Part shown: in pieces, positions 17,914-28,123 of the stretch | How the letters are laid out: the number at the start of each line of letters is the position of its first letter | How positions within the stretch are numbered: the stretch's first letter is position 1 | Source of the DNA: Blastocatellia bacterium | GTDB lineage: Bacteria; Acidobacteriota; Blastocatellia; UBA7656 | Length of the DNA: 64,000 nt | Reading direction: 5' to 3' | Assembly (NCBI GenBank): GCA_963765495.1 | Contig: CAVXWP010000004.1 | Span: forward strand, 128,001 to 192,000 | Notes under the pieces: generated by a model | Seen by the model: only the letters and a program-made list of their open reading frames with translations | What the model was told of the DNA's origin: nothing | The model's database searches: none | Made by a program: the position numbers and the translations under genes

Positions 17914-20138
17914 GGTTCGGATTCGGAGATTGCCTTGCCCATCTTCTGGTATTCTCTCCTGGTAGCGTGGAGCAGGTGAGCCATCGTTATCGGGCTGGCC
18001 TGTTCAGCCGCAAGAAAGGCTGCCGTCAGGGCTATGTTTTTGATATTGCCGCCACTCAATTTGTACTGGCGGGCCAATAAGTCAAGGTCCGCCTCATCCG
18101 AAAGGGGTGTCTCTACAGGCCAGATGCCTGACCATATGAGCCTGCGATTTTCTACATCCGGGAACGGGAAATGAACTGTGAATGCAAGTCTCCGAACGAA
18201 AGATTCATCCATGTTCTGGCGCAGATTGGTTGCCAGAATCGCAACGCCTTCAAACTCTTCCATCTTTTGCAGCAGGTAGGAAATCTCTATGTTGGCGTAG
18301 CGGTCGTGCGAATCGCGCACCTCGCTGCGCTTGCCGAAAAGCGCGTCGGCTTCATCAAAGAAAAGAATCGCATTAGCGTCTTCGGCTACCTTGAAGATTC
18401 GATCAAGATTCTTTTCCGTCTCGCCTATGTACTTGCTGACTATCCCGGCAAGATCAATTTTGTACAGATCAAGCCCCAGTTCACCCGCGATTATTTCGGC
18501 CGCCAGAGTCTTGCCCGTCCCCGATGGCCCTGCGAAAAGCGCATTCACACCCTTTCCTGCCGATAGCCTGCGCCCGAACCCCCATTCGTCAAGAACGATC
18601 TGCTGATGAATGACGCGATTGCAAATCTCTCGCAGTTGAACGAGTGAGTCGTCGGGCAAGACGATGTCGCGCCAGCTATAGGCCGGCGCTATCTTGCGCG
18701 CAAGCTGGGCCAGTTCGTGACCTGACTGATTGCGGGCGGCGGCAAACAGATCCTTGATAGTGACCGGCAAGTCTTTCTGTATAGTCTCGTCGAAAGGTTC
18801 AGCCAGGCGCATTCTCACCTGATTACAGGCGGTCGCCACGGCGTCTGCAATCCTCATTTCATTCAGGCGAAAGCGACCGGCAAGAGCAGTCAACTCTGCT
18901 TCGGACATTGCGAGCCCTTCATTTGCGAGAGTTGTTGCCCATATCTGTTTGCGACGGGCAAAGGCGGGGCTGTCAAACGACACCGTAATCACCCCTACGG
19001 GCCCGCGCCCCGGCGGAACCCAGGGACCGGTTCCGGCCAGAATCGTGACACCGGAATCTTCGGTCAAGAAGTCCAGCAGCCTCTCGAAATGCGTTGCCCG
19101 TCTATCGGCCTCCGACCCGCTCAACCCGTCCAGGTAGAGTATTGCGTCCTGGAACCATGCTTCACGCAAAACCAGTTCGAGAAATCGCTCGAATCCACCC
19201 TCGGCATCTATAGCGCGGGCTAAATCAACAAACAGCAATCTGGCCCCGGCGGCGCTTGCCAGAACTTCAGCCGCGTGCCGCCTGCCCGCGCCCCGTTGCC
19301 CTCGGAAGTAAAGGCGCAACGGTCTGCGCGTTTGTCGGGCATTGAGAATGGACGAAAGAATTCCCCGTTCCATCTCTTCGCTCAACATCGAACGGTCCGG
19401 CGAGCGATACGGAGCAATCAATCGACAGCAGGGCGAAAGACGAGCATCCAACCCGCCATCTCCAATCAATAAACTTACTACCTGTTCATCCAGCTTGAGA
19501 TTACAGGCGAGAAGCGGCGACTCCACACGGCCCGTCTCTGGAACCAGACGCAGCAAGTTATGACAGATGAGGGGCGCATCGGAGGTGAAATTTCTGCGCG
19601 AGGAAAGCTTATCTGAGACGGATGAACAGAGCAGGTTCAGCGCAAGGTCAACGGTGGGTCTGCGTCTTGAGACATTGTCCTGTAAATAGGCATACAACCT
19701 TTCATAACGCAGATCGAGTTCCGGCGCGAGGGCAATAAGTACGACTCCAAGATCAAAGTTTGATAAATCAAATACCTCAGCAAGCCATGCCAGCCGGTGT
19801 GAATCCCGCCGGATCTCGGCAAGCCCCTCTTCAACCATCTCTCCGCCCTCGTGAAATATTGGTCGGCCCGGTTCGCAGTCCAGCAATCGGGCTACGTCAT
19901 CGTGAGAGATGTAAAGACCGCGAAAGGGGTCAGTGGCTGCCTCGGCTCCATAGGCGATGTTGGCCTTTGCCACTGCCCGATTTATCAGCCTGTCCACCCA
20001 TCTGAGCGCTTCGATCAGAGAGGGGGATTCACCTGCATTTGCGCCAGTACCCTGCTCGTCGGTTTCTACCGATGCAGTCGCATCTACCGTATTGCTTGCA
20101 GGAATTTGTTGGTTGGCATCGAGCTTTGATGAGGCCAT
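17895..20138 (-). CDS. eCIS AAA+ ATPase (Afp15/Pvc15-like)
   Basis: APELD.RY..LYAYLQD...RRPTV.LA; Walker A GPSGTGKT; SKYIGETEKNL; Walker B LFFDEADALFGKR; DRYAN.E.SYLLQ. Confidence 0.95.
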   Translation of the reverse strand: MASSKLDANQQIPASNTVDATASVETDEQGTGANAGESPSLIEALRWVDRLINRAVAKANIAYGAEAATDPFRGLYISHDDVARLLDCEPGRPIFHEGGEMVEEGLAEIRRDSHRLAWLAEVFDLSNFDLGVVLIALAPELDLRYERLYAYLQDNVSRRRPTVDLALNLLCSSVSDKLSSRRNFTSDAPLICHNLLRLVPETGRVESPLLACNLKLDEQVVSLLIGDGGLDARLSPCCRLIAPYRSPDRSMLSEEMERGILSSILNARQTRRPLRLYFRGQRGAGRRHAAEVLASAAGARLLFVDLARAIDAEGGFERFLELVLREAWFQDAILYLDGLSGSEADRRATHFERLLDFLTEDSGVTILAGTGPWVPPGRGPVGVITVSFDSPAFARRKQIWATTLANEGLAMSEAELTALAGRFRLNEMRIADAVATACNQVRMRLAEPFDETIQKDLPVTIKDLFAAARNQSGHELAQLARKIAPAYSWRDIVLPDDSLVQLREICNRVIHQQIVLDEWGFGRRLSAGKGVNALFAGPSGTGKTLAAEIIAGELGLDLYKIDLAGIVSKYIGETEKNLDRIFKVAEDANAILFFDEADALFGKRSEVRDSHDRYANIEISYLLQKMEEFEGVAILATNLRQNMDESFVRRLAFTVHFPFPDVENRRLIWSGIWPVETPLSDEADLDLLARQYKLSGGNIKNIALTAAFLAAEQASPITMAHLLHATRREYQKMGKAISESEPLNTGA

Positions 20139-20330
20139 AGGCTGTCAGTCCACGCGGTGAATTTTGAATCAGCCACACTTATGCCGGACCTTTTCAGATA
20201 GAGCCGTTGGAATCAAAAGGCCCTGTTTTGCGGGCGAATTTTCATGCCATACAACCAAATCTGCAAAGGGAATGTCTTACACCTTACAACACCGTCCAAC
20301 TCTTTTTGAGGAGCCAGGAGTTGAACGCAA

Positions 20331-20377
20331 AGGGTATATCACTCGGGTGTCTCACGAAGCGTCTCAGAAGTGTCTGT
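20331..20377 (-). promoter_or_regulatory. Putative SARP-type direct-repeat operator plus -10 box upstream of the eCIS operon
   Basis: GTCTCA/GTCTCA/GTCTGT at 20349, 20361 and 20372 (11-12 bp period), next to TACCCT on the minus strand (20331-20336). Confidence 0.3.
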
Positions 20378-20453
20378 CTAACCGTCAGGCAGAAAATTTA
20401 TGAACCGAAATCTGAACGGAACATGAGAGCCAGAAAGCAAAGATCCTGCTTTA

Positions 20454-21398
20454 TCAGGAGACTCCTTTGTCGATCTGTTCATTTAAAGAATTATTTGGAG
20501 GAGGGAAGGTGGATTGTGTCTGCTGTTGAATTTCAACCAGTAAATCCTGAAGCTGGCTGACGAGGTTAAGAGCCTTTGCAAATACGTTGGAAGTAACCGT
20601 GGTCCCGACAGAAGCCTGATCCATCGGCAATACAGGCGGATCGAAATGGTCTACACATATCTGGTCGTAAGCCTGGATCGTTCGCCTTTCAGGTTTGACG
20701 CCCAGGTCTTCCTCGAGCGCCTCCACACAACGCTGATACTGACGCAGGGCCAGGGTGCGATCACCTGCCAGATAATACAGTCGCATCATTTGCCTGTGCG
20801 TGCGCTCGCGCGCCCGGTCATATTGAAGTATGCGTAATCCATAAGCCAGCCCTATTTCATATTGGTGATGCTGTTCGCAATAATCCATCAACTTATCGAG
20901 CATGGAAAGATGCATGTTTTGGAAGCGGTCGCGCTCATACAGACACCATTCCCTGTAGGAACCTGCTAGCAGTTCATTTGTGTAGAGTTGAACCGCGAGA
21001 TGAATCGTCTGAATCTCTTGAGCGCCCAGTTCTTTCACCACGGGTTGTTGAATAAGCGAGAAGGCTTTCTCAAACACGTCAACATCAAGCCAGAGGTCTG
21101 ATCTGGGGTTGAGTTGCAACCATTCGGGGCTTACAAGCACGATTCGATTACTCTCGGATTTGGGTTCCAGCACGGCCTGAAGCTGCCAGAGCGCCTGACG
21201 CAGATACTTTTTCGCCTGAGATGTAGAACAGTCTTCCCACAACAGGGCGGCCAACGCTTCACGCGAGTGCGAGACATTTCTGTGCAGCAACAGGAAGCTG
21301 AATAATTCCTGCACCTTGCAGGAATCGAGACCCTCCAGGGCTATGTCATTGCGTAGTACGCGGAGCCTGCCAAACATATATATATTCAGTTTAGCCAA
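20454..21398 (-). CDS. SARP/AfsR-like transcriptional activator (winged helix plus BTAD)
   Basis: SRE.LA.LLW......A...LRQALW.L; W.DV..FE; E..HR..MRLY...G.R..AL.QY..C...L..DLGV.P; TTG start with GGAGG RBS. Confidence 0.9.
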   Translation of the reverse strand: MAKLNIYMFGRLRVLRNDIALEGLDSCKVQELFSFLLLHRNVSHSREALAALLWEDCSTSQAKKYLRQALWQLQAVLEPKSESNRIVLVSPEWLQLNPRSDLWLDVDVFEKAFSLIQQPVVKELGAQEIQTIHLAVQLYTNELLAGSYREWCLYERDRFQNMHLSMLDKLMDYCEQHHQYEIGLAYGLRILQYDRARERTHRQMMRLYYLAGDRTLALRQYQRCVEALEEDLGVKPERRTIQAYDQICVDHFDPPVLPMDQASVGTTVTSNVFAKALNLVSQLQDLLVEIQQQTQSTFPPPNNSLNEQIDKGVS

Positions 21399-21787
21399 GT
21401 CGGTTTACCTCCAGTTTCAAATAGCGGCAACCTTCCCCTAATATGTCCAACCACTTATTCTTCGGGCCATTAATCTGGTATGTACCTGAGTTCGAAAATA
21501 GAGACGGAAACTCGACGGGTCAATATAGGTAGTTATTTTGCGTGCTGCCCATCAACCCAAAGTAGTCCCTATAACCATCGCCATTCTACAGGTTTTTTAT
21601 CACTTTGGGTAATAGAAATGACAGATTTAGACGCGGTTCAGCAATCATTTTTTTGAGCACCCAAAAACAGCAAAGAATACCAGGAACTACCTGAGAATAT
21701 AGATGGTCCCGCTCCGGCAATCTCTGATGGCATAATTTGGAGGAATAGTTGTTGTGTATGGCAGGCTGGCTGGGGTAAAAAGATCGT

Positions 21788-22537
21788 ATGCCGCACGTAT
21801 ATGGAGTTCTGCCCGTACTGGAAGCGATTCGCGCAGGAGGGCGCAGGATAGAACGTATAGTCATAGCCGAAGGCACGGGTCACGCTCGACTGCGCGAAGT
21901 CATCGAGTCTGCGCGCCGGGCCGGAATCCCTCTCAGGCGCGAGCCGCGAATCGCGCTCGACCGGTTGAGCGGAAATGCCAACCACCAGGGGGTGATCGCA
22001 ATTGCCGCCGCCGCAAGTTACGCTGACGCAGACGACTTGATTTCGACTATCACGCCCGACAACCTGTTTCTGCTCCTCGATGGAGTCGAAGACCCTCACA
22101 ACCTCGGGGCCATAATCCGCACCGCCGAATGCGCCGGCGTCACTGCCCTCATCATCCCTGAGCGAAGGGCCGCGCATATCACAGACGTTGTAGCAAAGAC
22201 ATCGGCAGGCGCGGTCGAATACTTGCCTGTGGCCCGCGTGACCAACCTCAACAGCTACATCGAAGAACTCAAAAAGAGAAACGTGTGGGTCGTGGGCGTA
22301 GAAGGCTCGGGTGAGATAAGCTACACCGCATACGATTACAAAGGCGCGACGGCGCTCGTATTTGGCGGCGAAGGCAAAGGGCTTCACCGCCTTGTGCGCG
22401 AGCGGTGCGACGTGGTCGTAGCAATCCCCCTCGGCGGGCGCATCACATCGCTAAACGTTTCGGTCGCCGTGGGTGTAGTCTTATTCGAAGCCGTCAGGCA
22501 AAGGAATCAGCCGCGTATCAATCGCACCGAAAAATAG
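21788..22537 (+). CDS. rlmB: 23S rRNA (guanosine-2'-O)-methyltransferase RlmB
   Basis: NHQGV, LDGVEDPHNLGAIIRTA, GGEGKG and SLNVSVA SPOUT motifs. Confidence 0.95.
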   Translation: MPHVYGVLPVLEAIRAGGRRIERIVIAEGTGHARLREVIESARRAGIPLRREPRIALDRLSGNANHQGVIAIAAAASYADADDLISTITPDNLFLLLDGVEDPHNLGAIIRTAECAGVTALIIPERRAAHITDVVAKTSAGAVEYLPVARVTNLNSYIEELKKRNVWVVGVEGSGEISYTAYDYKGATALVFGGEGKGLHRLVRERCDVVVAIPLGGRITSLNVSVAVGVVLFEAVRQRNQPRINRTEK

Positions 22538-23004
22538 AGAACCGCAATTGAAGCGAGCGTAGCCAGTGCAGCAGCTATAGAACCCGCGCGGTTTCCGGGC
22601 GCGGTCTCGGGCGAACCGGCGTGCTCTTTGGCCGCGCGTATGCTCGAATAGTCGTGATAGAGCATCAGCAGGATGGCCACGGCTATGAAGGCCAGTTTCC
22701 ACGGCAGCCACGTGGCAAGAAACGGGTCTACCTTCGTAGGATCGAACGCCTCGCCGTTGAATAGCTGGCCGATCTTCACGCGCGCGGGTCTGAGCGACAG
22801 GTTCCCGATGCCTGTGATAATCAATAAGAGCATGGAACCCCAGGCCAGGTTGCGAAATTTCCGCGCAAGCCCGCGCAATATGCGCTGCTTCTCCTCTGGG
22901 TCCTGGCGGACAGCAAAAGGTATGACAACCGCTGCGGTGTAAATCAACCCACCCACCCAGATGGCTGCCAGCAATAGGTGTATAAAAACGTTGAACTGGT
23001 ACAT
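22507..23004 (-). CDS. CopD/DUF4149-like membrane protein
   Basis: HLL.AAIWVGG, four hydrophobic segments, KL...HD. Confidence 0.7.
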   Translation of the reverse strand: MYQFNVFIHLLLAAIWVGGLIYTAAVVIPFAVRQDPEEKQRILRGLARKFRNLAWGSMLLLIITGIGNLSLRPARVKIGQLFNGEAFDPTKVDPFLATWLPWKLAFIAVAILLMLYHDYSSIRAAKEHAGSPETAPGNRAGSIAAALATLASIAVLYFSVRLIRG

Positions 23005-23040
23005 GGTTTATCTTTCGATCAAGTCTCCAGGGAAATATTG

Positions 23041-24276
23041 TCAACCGGTCAGGTCTTCGGTTCCCTGCCCTTGCAGTTTAACCGACTCCTCGCTCGTCTT
23101 CGGTGAATGCAGAGTGAGGGCCAGACCGAACGCGACCGCCATAATAACGCCGCCCGTCCAATAAGGCGAGCGCCCGTAGGTGGCGAGTCTTTCAACATCC
23201 TGATTCAACAACCATCCGCCAAGCACGGGGCCTATGATTCGAGCGAGACTCGCAACCGACGACATCACTCCCAGCACCCTTCCCTGCAAGCCGCCGTGAA
23301 CCGTCTTTGAGGCCAGCCCGTTGAGCGTCGGGGTCACAAGGCTGTTACCGATGGCTATTCCCGTGCTTGCCAGGATCAGCATCGTCAGTGAACTGCTTGC
23401 GGGCAGTACAAACAGACTCCCTGCCAGTATAAGAGTTCCGGCGACGGCAAGCGTCTTATCGCCAAAAACTTTAACAAGGCGGCCAAGCAATCCGCCCTGT
23501 ATGATCGCGCCAAGCACGCCGACATAGGCAAACATATAGCCTGTGTGGGTGGCATCAAAATTGAAGCGGTGACTGGCAAACAGCGCGTAGGTCGCAGTCA
23601 GCATCGCAAAGGCTATGGTTGCAAAAAAGTATGTAGCCATCACCGGAACAAGGCTGCGATTTTCCGCGTCTTTGATGACTTCAATAATAGATGCGCGCCC
23701 TTGCGCCTGGCTGCGGTGTTCGGCAGAGAGACTTTCCGGCAGCATGAAATAGAGCGCCGTTGCGTTTGTTGCGGCAAGAGCAGCCGCAAAGAAAAACGGC
23801 GCAGCAGGCGAGATATGGCTCATGATTCCACCGATGGCCGGGCCGAAAATAAACCCGAGGCCAAAGGCCGCGCCTATCAATCCCATACCCTTCGACCGCT
23901 GCTCGGGCGGCGTCACATCGGCGATGTATGCCTGAGCGGTAGATATATTCCCACCCGTGACCCCGTCTATGATGCGGGCTACGAACAGAAGCCATAACGT
24001 ATTTGCAAATCCCATGGTGAGAAAGCCTATCGAGGTGCCGATGAGACTGCCGAGCAACACGGGGCGACGGCCTACGCGGTCTGAAAGCTTTCCGAGAATG
24101 GGCGCGAATATAAACTGCATAGCCGAATAGACGGCCAGCAGTATGCCTACGACGGCTTCCGAAGCGCCGAAACGTTCGGCGTAAAGCGGCAGCACGGGAA
24201 TCACTATTCCGAAACCGACGAGGTCGATGAAGATTGTTATGAAGATTATTACAAGAGGTGATCGGCGACTAGCCAT
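23041..24276 (-). CDS. MFS transporter, DHA1/TetA-like
   Basis: D.VGFGI.IP.LP, G.LSDR.GRRPVL, AQAYIADVT, G.GF..GPAIGG. Confidence 0.92.
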   Translation of the reverse strand: MASRRSPLVIIFITIFIDLVGFGIVIPVLPLYAERFGASEAVVGILLAVYSAMQFIFAPILGKLSDRVGRRPVLLGSLIGTSIGFLTMGFANTLWLLFVARIIDGVTGGNISTAQAYIADVTPPEQRSKGMGLIGAAFGLGFIFGPAIGGIMSHISPAAPFFFAAALAATNATALYFMLPESLSAEHRSQAQGRASIIEVIKDAENRSLVPVMATYFFATIAFAMLTATYALFASHRFNFDATHTGYMFAYVGVLGAIIQGGLLGRLVKVFGDKTLAVAGTLILAGSLFVLPASSSLTMLILASTGIAIGNSLVTPTLNGLASKTVHGGLQGRVLGVMSSVASLARIIGPVLGGWLLNQDVERLATYGRSPYWTGGVIMAVAFGLALTLHSPKTSEESVKLQGQGTEDLTG

Positions 24277-24396
24277 CTGCCGTTCTTATTTCCTTTCCAA
24301 ATCCAGTCAAATTTATAATAAGTGGCAATATGGAGTTTACCAGTTTAGCTCATACTGGCAAATTGCCATTGCAGACAAACGCATCTCGTAAAAAAG

Positions 24397-24460
24397 TTTT
24401 GCGTACATTGCGGCTTTGCGACGAGCTATTTCACGCAAAGCTGCAAAACAGGCTAAAAAT
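24397..24460. repeat. Palindromic element, TTGCGGCTTTGCG / CGCAAAG family
   Basis: Imperfect IR; a related copy lies at 56484-56542. Confidence 0.6.
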
Positions 24461-24481
24461 GTCCTGAGAGACAAAATCTTA

Positions 24482-25714
24482 TCAGAATAACTGGATTGCG
24501 CGTATCAACAGGTCCCGCTTTAGCGTGACATAACTCTGCTCTCCCACCATTGCCCGCATAAGCACTGTTCGTACTCCTTTGTGGTACTTTGCGAACTGAA
24601 CCATGGCATCGCCAAAAATCTGACCACAAAAAGCGCCGTTATAGAAGCGATTTAACATTTGAGATGCCCGTCTGAGTTCCTGTCCGAAGGCTTCACGCCA
24701 CGCCCGCTCGTAATTTGATGTTGCCCGATTATATTTATCTGCAAAAGTGATTCCGCTTTCATTCCCAACCATTAATGCCTCGGCGAGCAAATCGGCGGAC
24801 TTGAATGCATAATAAAGCCCCTCGCCAGTAATAGGATCAACAAAACCTGCGGCATCGCCTATTAACGCCCATCCGTCTCCGCTCGCCTTCAGATTGCTCC
24901 ATGTGGTCTTATCAAGCACCGGAATCTTTGCTCCAAAAAAGCTGGCCTGTTCAAAATCAATGTCAGGCTGACCAAAGTATTCAACTATAAATTTTTTAAG
25001 CAGGTCTCGAAGTTCTAAAGACGGGCGCTCTCCCAGTTTTGAGGCTACACCAAAATTCATTGCTCCGGGGCGGGGGAAGGCCCACAGATACCCGGTAAAA
25101 TTTTTCAACAGACGTATAACCGCTTCGTTTTTTGATGTCCCGTTATTGTTTGCGCCGCCAGGCTGGGCCGGCTCTTCCTCGGGGAGGGTAATATTATATC
25201 CGAGTGCCAGCGCGAGGTCTCGCGAGGGAAAGATGCCGACAAGGCGGCGGCGGGTGAAGCTTGCAGCGCCATCAGCCCCTATCAGGAACCGGGCCCGCCA
25301 TATCTGACCATCGCCGGTCTTGATTTCCCAAAGGCCGCCCTGACGGGAAAAATCTACTACCGACAGGCGTACAAATTCCGCCCCGGCTTCCATGGCGCGG
25401 TCAAGCACAAGGCCGTTCAATACTCGGCGTGAATAGATGGCAAAGGGCTCTTTGAGTCTGAGGCTCACTCGTCGCTGACTCGGAGATATAACCGTTATGC
25501 TCTTCACAAGATTGTAAGGATAACCCGAGTTTTCAAGCAGGAAGGCAAATTCCCGAATAGCGCGCGTAGGGACTCCGCCTCCGCAGGGTTTTTCCCATGC
25601 GCCTTTCGGATCAAACAGTGTCACATCGCGGCCAGAAGCGGCCAGTCGCGAGGCCAGATGCGCCCCGGCAGGCCCCGCGCCGATTATCGCTATTTCCGTC
25701 GACCGTTCCGCCAT
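24482..25714 (-). CDS. Geranylgeranyl reductase-family FAD-dependent oxidoreductase
   Basis: GAGPAG, KPCGGG, GADG, GY.W.FP, GDAAG.VDP.TGEG. Confidence 0.9.
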   Translation of the reverse strand: MAERSTEIAIIGAGPAGAHLASRLAASGRDVTLFDPKGAWEKPCGGGVPTRAIREFAFLLENSGYPYNLVKSITVISPSQRRVSLRLKEPFAIYSRRVLNGLVLDRAMEAGAEFVRLSVVDFSRQGGLWEIKTGDGQIWRARFLIGADGAASFTRRRLVGIFPSRDLALALGYNITLPEEEPAQPGGANNNGTSKNEAVIRLLKNFTGYLWAFPRPGAMNFGVASKLGERPSLELRDLLKKFIVEYFGQPDIDFEQASFFGAKIPVLDKTTWSNLKASGDGWALIGDAAGFVDPITGEGLYYAFKSADLLAEALMVGNESGITFADKYNRATSNYERAWREAFGQELRRASQMLNRFYNGAFCGQIFGDAMVQFAKYHKGVRTVLMRAMVGEQSYVTLKRDLLIRAIQLF

Positions 25715-25785
25715 AGAGGGAAAAGTCTAACGGTGCGCGCACCGGCAGGCAAGCCCCCCGTATTATCATCTGGATTCTCTCCAGT

Positions 25786-27936
25786 TTAAGTAACTTGATA
25801 AACCTTGCCCTTGAATACGACGATTACTTTCTCGCCAAGTGAGAAATACTCGGTAAGGCCAGTCTCTTTTCCGATCAGATCGAAAAATTCATCGCTGCCG
25901 AATTTCACCTTGATTACGGGCAGATTGCTCTCTTCTTTGTATTCAGTATCAACCCAGATGTCGTCCTTCAAGGTGAAGGTCTTGTCGCTGACCCTGGCTA
26001 TATTGTTGAGATATTGCTCGATTCCATCGCCCGAATTCGATTGCCTCATCTCTTTTTCAGCGCGACTGCGGGCCACGGCTCCCTGTCCGCTTCGAGCGGA
26101 AACGCCGTTTTCAGTCATTGCCTTCAATTGTACGGGAGCGCCCGGCGCATCTCTTCTCGCCAGGTCCTTCATGTCTTCCGTGACCAGAAACGAAGTGTAG
26201 GGTGTGACTATACCGAATCTGGTTCCAAGCGCGACTATCTCATCAACCAGTTCGCGATTCTCTCCGTTGAGCCTGATCTGCTCAAGCAGATAACCTGCTC
26301 GGCGAGTCGCCCAGAGCCTCGGAAGAAACTGGTTGTCGCTCTTATCGGAAACAAACGTCTGGTTCGCAAATGAAAATGTCTGCGCGCGATCACCCACCTT
26401 GCCTGCGAGCTTCACGGTCGCGCCGCTCCTGGCGTTCTTGTAGCGGCCTACGATTGTGAGTTGAGAGCCCTTGAACAGATCGGGCAATGAGCGCGGGTAT
26501 ATCATATCGGCTTCGATCCCGCCCAGATCGAGTTCCAGCCCCGAAAGAACCGGGTAGTTTACCTTTGCAAAGAAATTAGAGACCTTCACTTCAAGGTCTT
26601 CGCCCGGCTCGATGTAATCGCTTGTTCCGCGATTGTCGGAAGAGAGCTTATCGAGCAGGCTGGTGTTCACATCATACCCGACGCCGAAAGAGAACAAACG
26701 CACACCGGCGCGATTTGCATCCGCTACGTTTTTGAGTATCTGTTTGACATCCGTCGACCCCACGGTTGGAAGCCCGTCTGTAAGAAAGACGATCATCGAG
26801 GGACGGTTGGAGTCGTGAAACTGTTTTAGCGCGGCGACAAGAGAGTCGTTTATGTTTGTCCCGCCTTCGGCGCGAAGCGCTTCTATGAAAGAGAGGCCCT
26901 GCTGTTTGGCCTCTTTTCCGGCTTCCACGAGCGCGCTTTTCATCAGATGCTCTTCGCCGGAAAACGAGATGATGTTGAAGCGGTCTCGCGGCGAAAGCGA
27001 CTCTACGCCGAACTTCAGTGCCGCCTTCGCTTTCTGGATCTTTTCGCCGCTCATAGAGCCACTTGTGTCGAATACAAAGATCACATCTTTTGCGATTCGC
27101 TCCTGCTCGCCTATGTTTACTTTCGGAGAAATGAGCATCAGAAAATATCCGTCTTTTCCCGGCTCTTTTTGCGTAAGCAACGACAGACCGAAATCCTTTT
27201 CCGACAGCGAATAATACAATTGGAAATCTTTCTGCGTGTCTTTGCCAGACCCTTCAAAACTGAGTGTGGCCCGCCGCTCTCCGTCACGGTTTACTGAAAT
27301 CTGATGCGAAGGTGAATAGATATTTTTCAGATCAAGCTCAGACTTTATCTCGACCCTTGCGGCAATCTGTTCGACGGGTTGAGCAAGCATTCGCCGCCCG
27401 GCTCCAAGTTCATAGCGATACTCAACCGTGCCGCCTTCATTCTTGAGAACCTGCGTGTAGGTGAGGTCTATTTTCTTTCTGCTCCGGGGTTCGATAGGAA
27501 ATACATTTGCCTGAAACAGATCTTTCCCGACATATTCGAGCAGACCGGGGTCTATCATCTTGCGCACTATCTCGTTGTAAATCTGCCTGGCCTTTCCTTT
27601 TTCGAGAACCTCGGCGGCCATACGCTTATCGCCGTCATAAATTGCGAAATCGGATATCGAGGCGCTCTCAGGTATAGGGAAAAAATAAGACCCTTCCAGC
27701 CGATAAGGCGTATCGTTCTCAAATACCTGTTCGACTCTTGTCGTGGCGACCTGAGACTCAATGCGGGTTTCGATCTTTACAGATTTTATCTTGAGGACTC
27801 GCGGAATCGGTCGAGGTCGCGGGATCGGGTGCGGGGGGCATCTGTCACATTCACGCGGTATTATTACGCCCTGTCCAAAGGCCGCGCCGGAAATGAACAG
27901 AAGTATCCCCAGGGTTTGTAAGACTATTTTTTTCAT
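25786..27936 (-). CDS. Secreted VIT and vWA domain protein
   Basis: Signal peptide; VIT-like N-terminal domain; MIDAS DTSGS; LTDG; FGIVTPYTS. Confidence 0.9.
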   Translation of the reverse strand: MKKIVLQTLGILLFISGAAFGQGVIIPRECDRCPPHPIPRPRPIPRVLKIKSVKIETRIESQVATTRVEQVFENDTPYRLEGSYFFPIPESASISDFAIYDGDKRMAAEVLEKGKARQIYNEIVRKMIDPGLLEYVGKDLFQANVFPIEPRSRKKIDLTYTQVLKNEGGTVEYRYELGAGRRMLAQPVEQIAARVEIKSELDLKNIYSPSHQISVNRDGERRATLSFEGSGKDTQKDFQLYYSLSEKDFGLSLLTQKEPGKDGYFLMLISPKVNIGEQERIAKDVIFVFDTSGSMSGEKIQKAKAALKFGVESLSPRDRFNIISFSGEEHLMKSALVEAGKEAKQQGLSFIEALRAEGGTNINDSLVAALKQFHDSNRPSMIVFLTDGLPTVGSTDVKQILKNVADANRAGVRLFSFGVGYDVNTSLLDKLSSDNRGTSDYIEPGEDLEVKVSNFFAKVNYPVLSGLELDLGGIEADMIYPRSLPDLFKGSQLTIVGRYKNARSGATVKLAGKVGDRAQTFSFANQTFVSDKSDNQFLPRLWATRRAGYLLEQIRLNGENRELVDEIVALGTRFGIVTPYTSFLVTEDMKDLARRDAPGAPVQLKAMTENGVSARSGQGAVARSRAEKEMRQSNSGDGIEQYLNNIARVSDKTFTLKDDIWVDTEYKEESNLPVIKVKFGSDEFFDLIGKETGLTEYFSLGEKVIVVFKGKVYQVT

Positions 27937-28123
27937 CCTTAATCTCTCTGACGCTCTTTATTTTTGTTGTTATAAGGCGGAGGTCGCTCAAGGGTAAATC
28001 GCTAACGCTCCAGCCCGTGCTCTGGCCTGAGCTCCTCCGCCGATTATTGAACGATCAACCCGCAGGGCTTTGCCATTTTTTTTACAGGATTAACAAGATT
28101 GTCTTTTCATTCTCTAAACCCTG

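Larger units (their letters stand above)
1..21398 (-). other. Contractile injection system (eCIS / phage-tail-like) locus, truncated at the left edge
   Basis: Co-oriented sheath, tube, baseplate, PAAR, spike, DUF4255/Pvc16, DUF4157 and AAA+ ATPase genes; no head or packaging genes seen. Confidence 0.95.

Noticed and set aside
21399-21787. tRNA or att site at the eCIS boundary
   Set aside because: AT-rich divergent promoter region with no cloverleaf or integrase; the other boundary is outside the window
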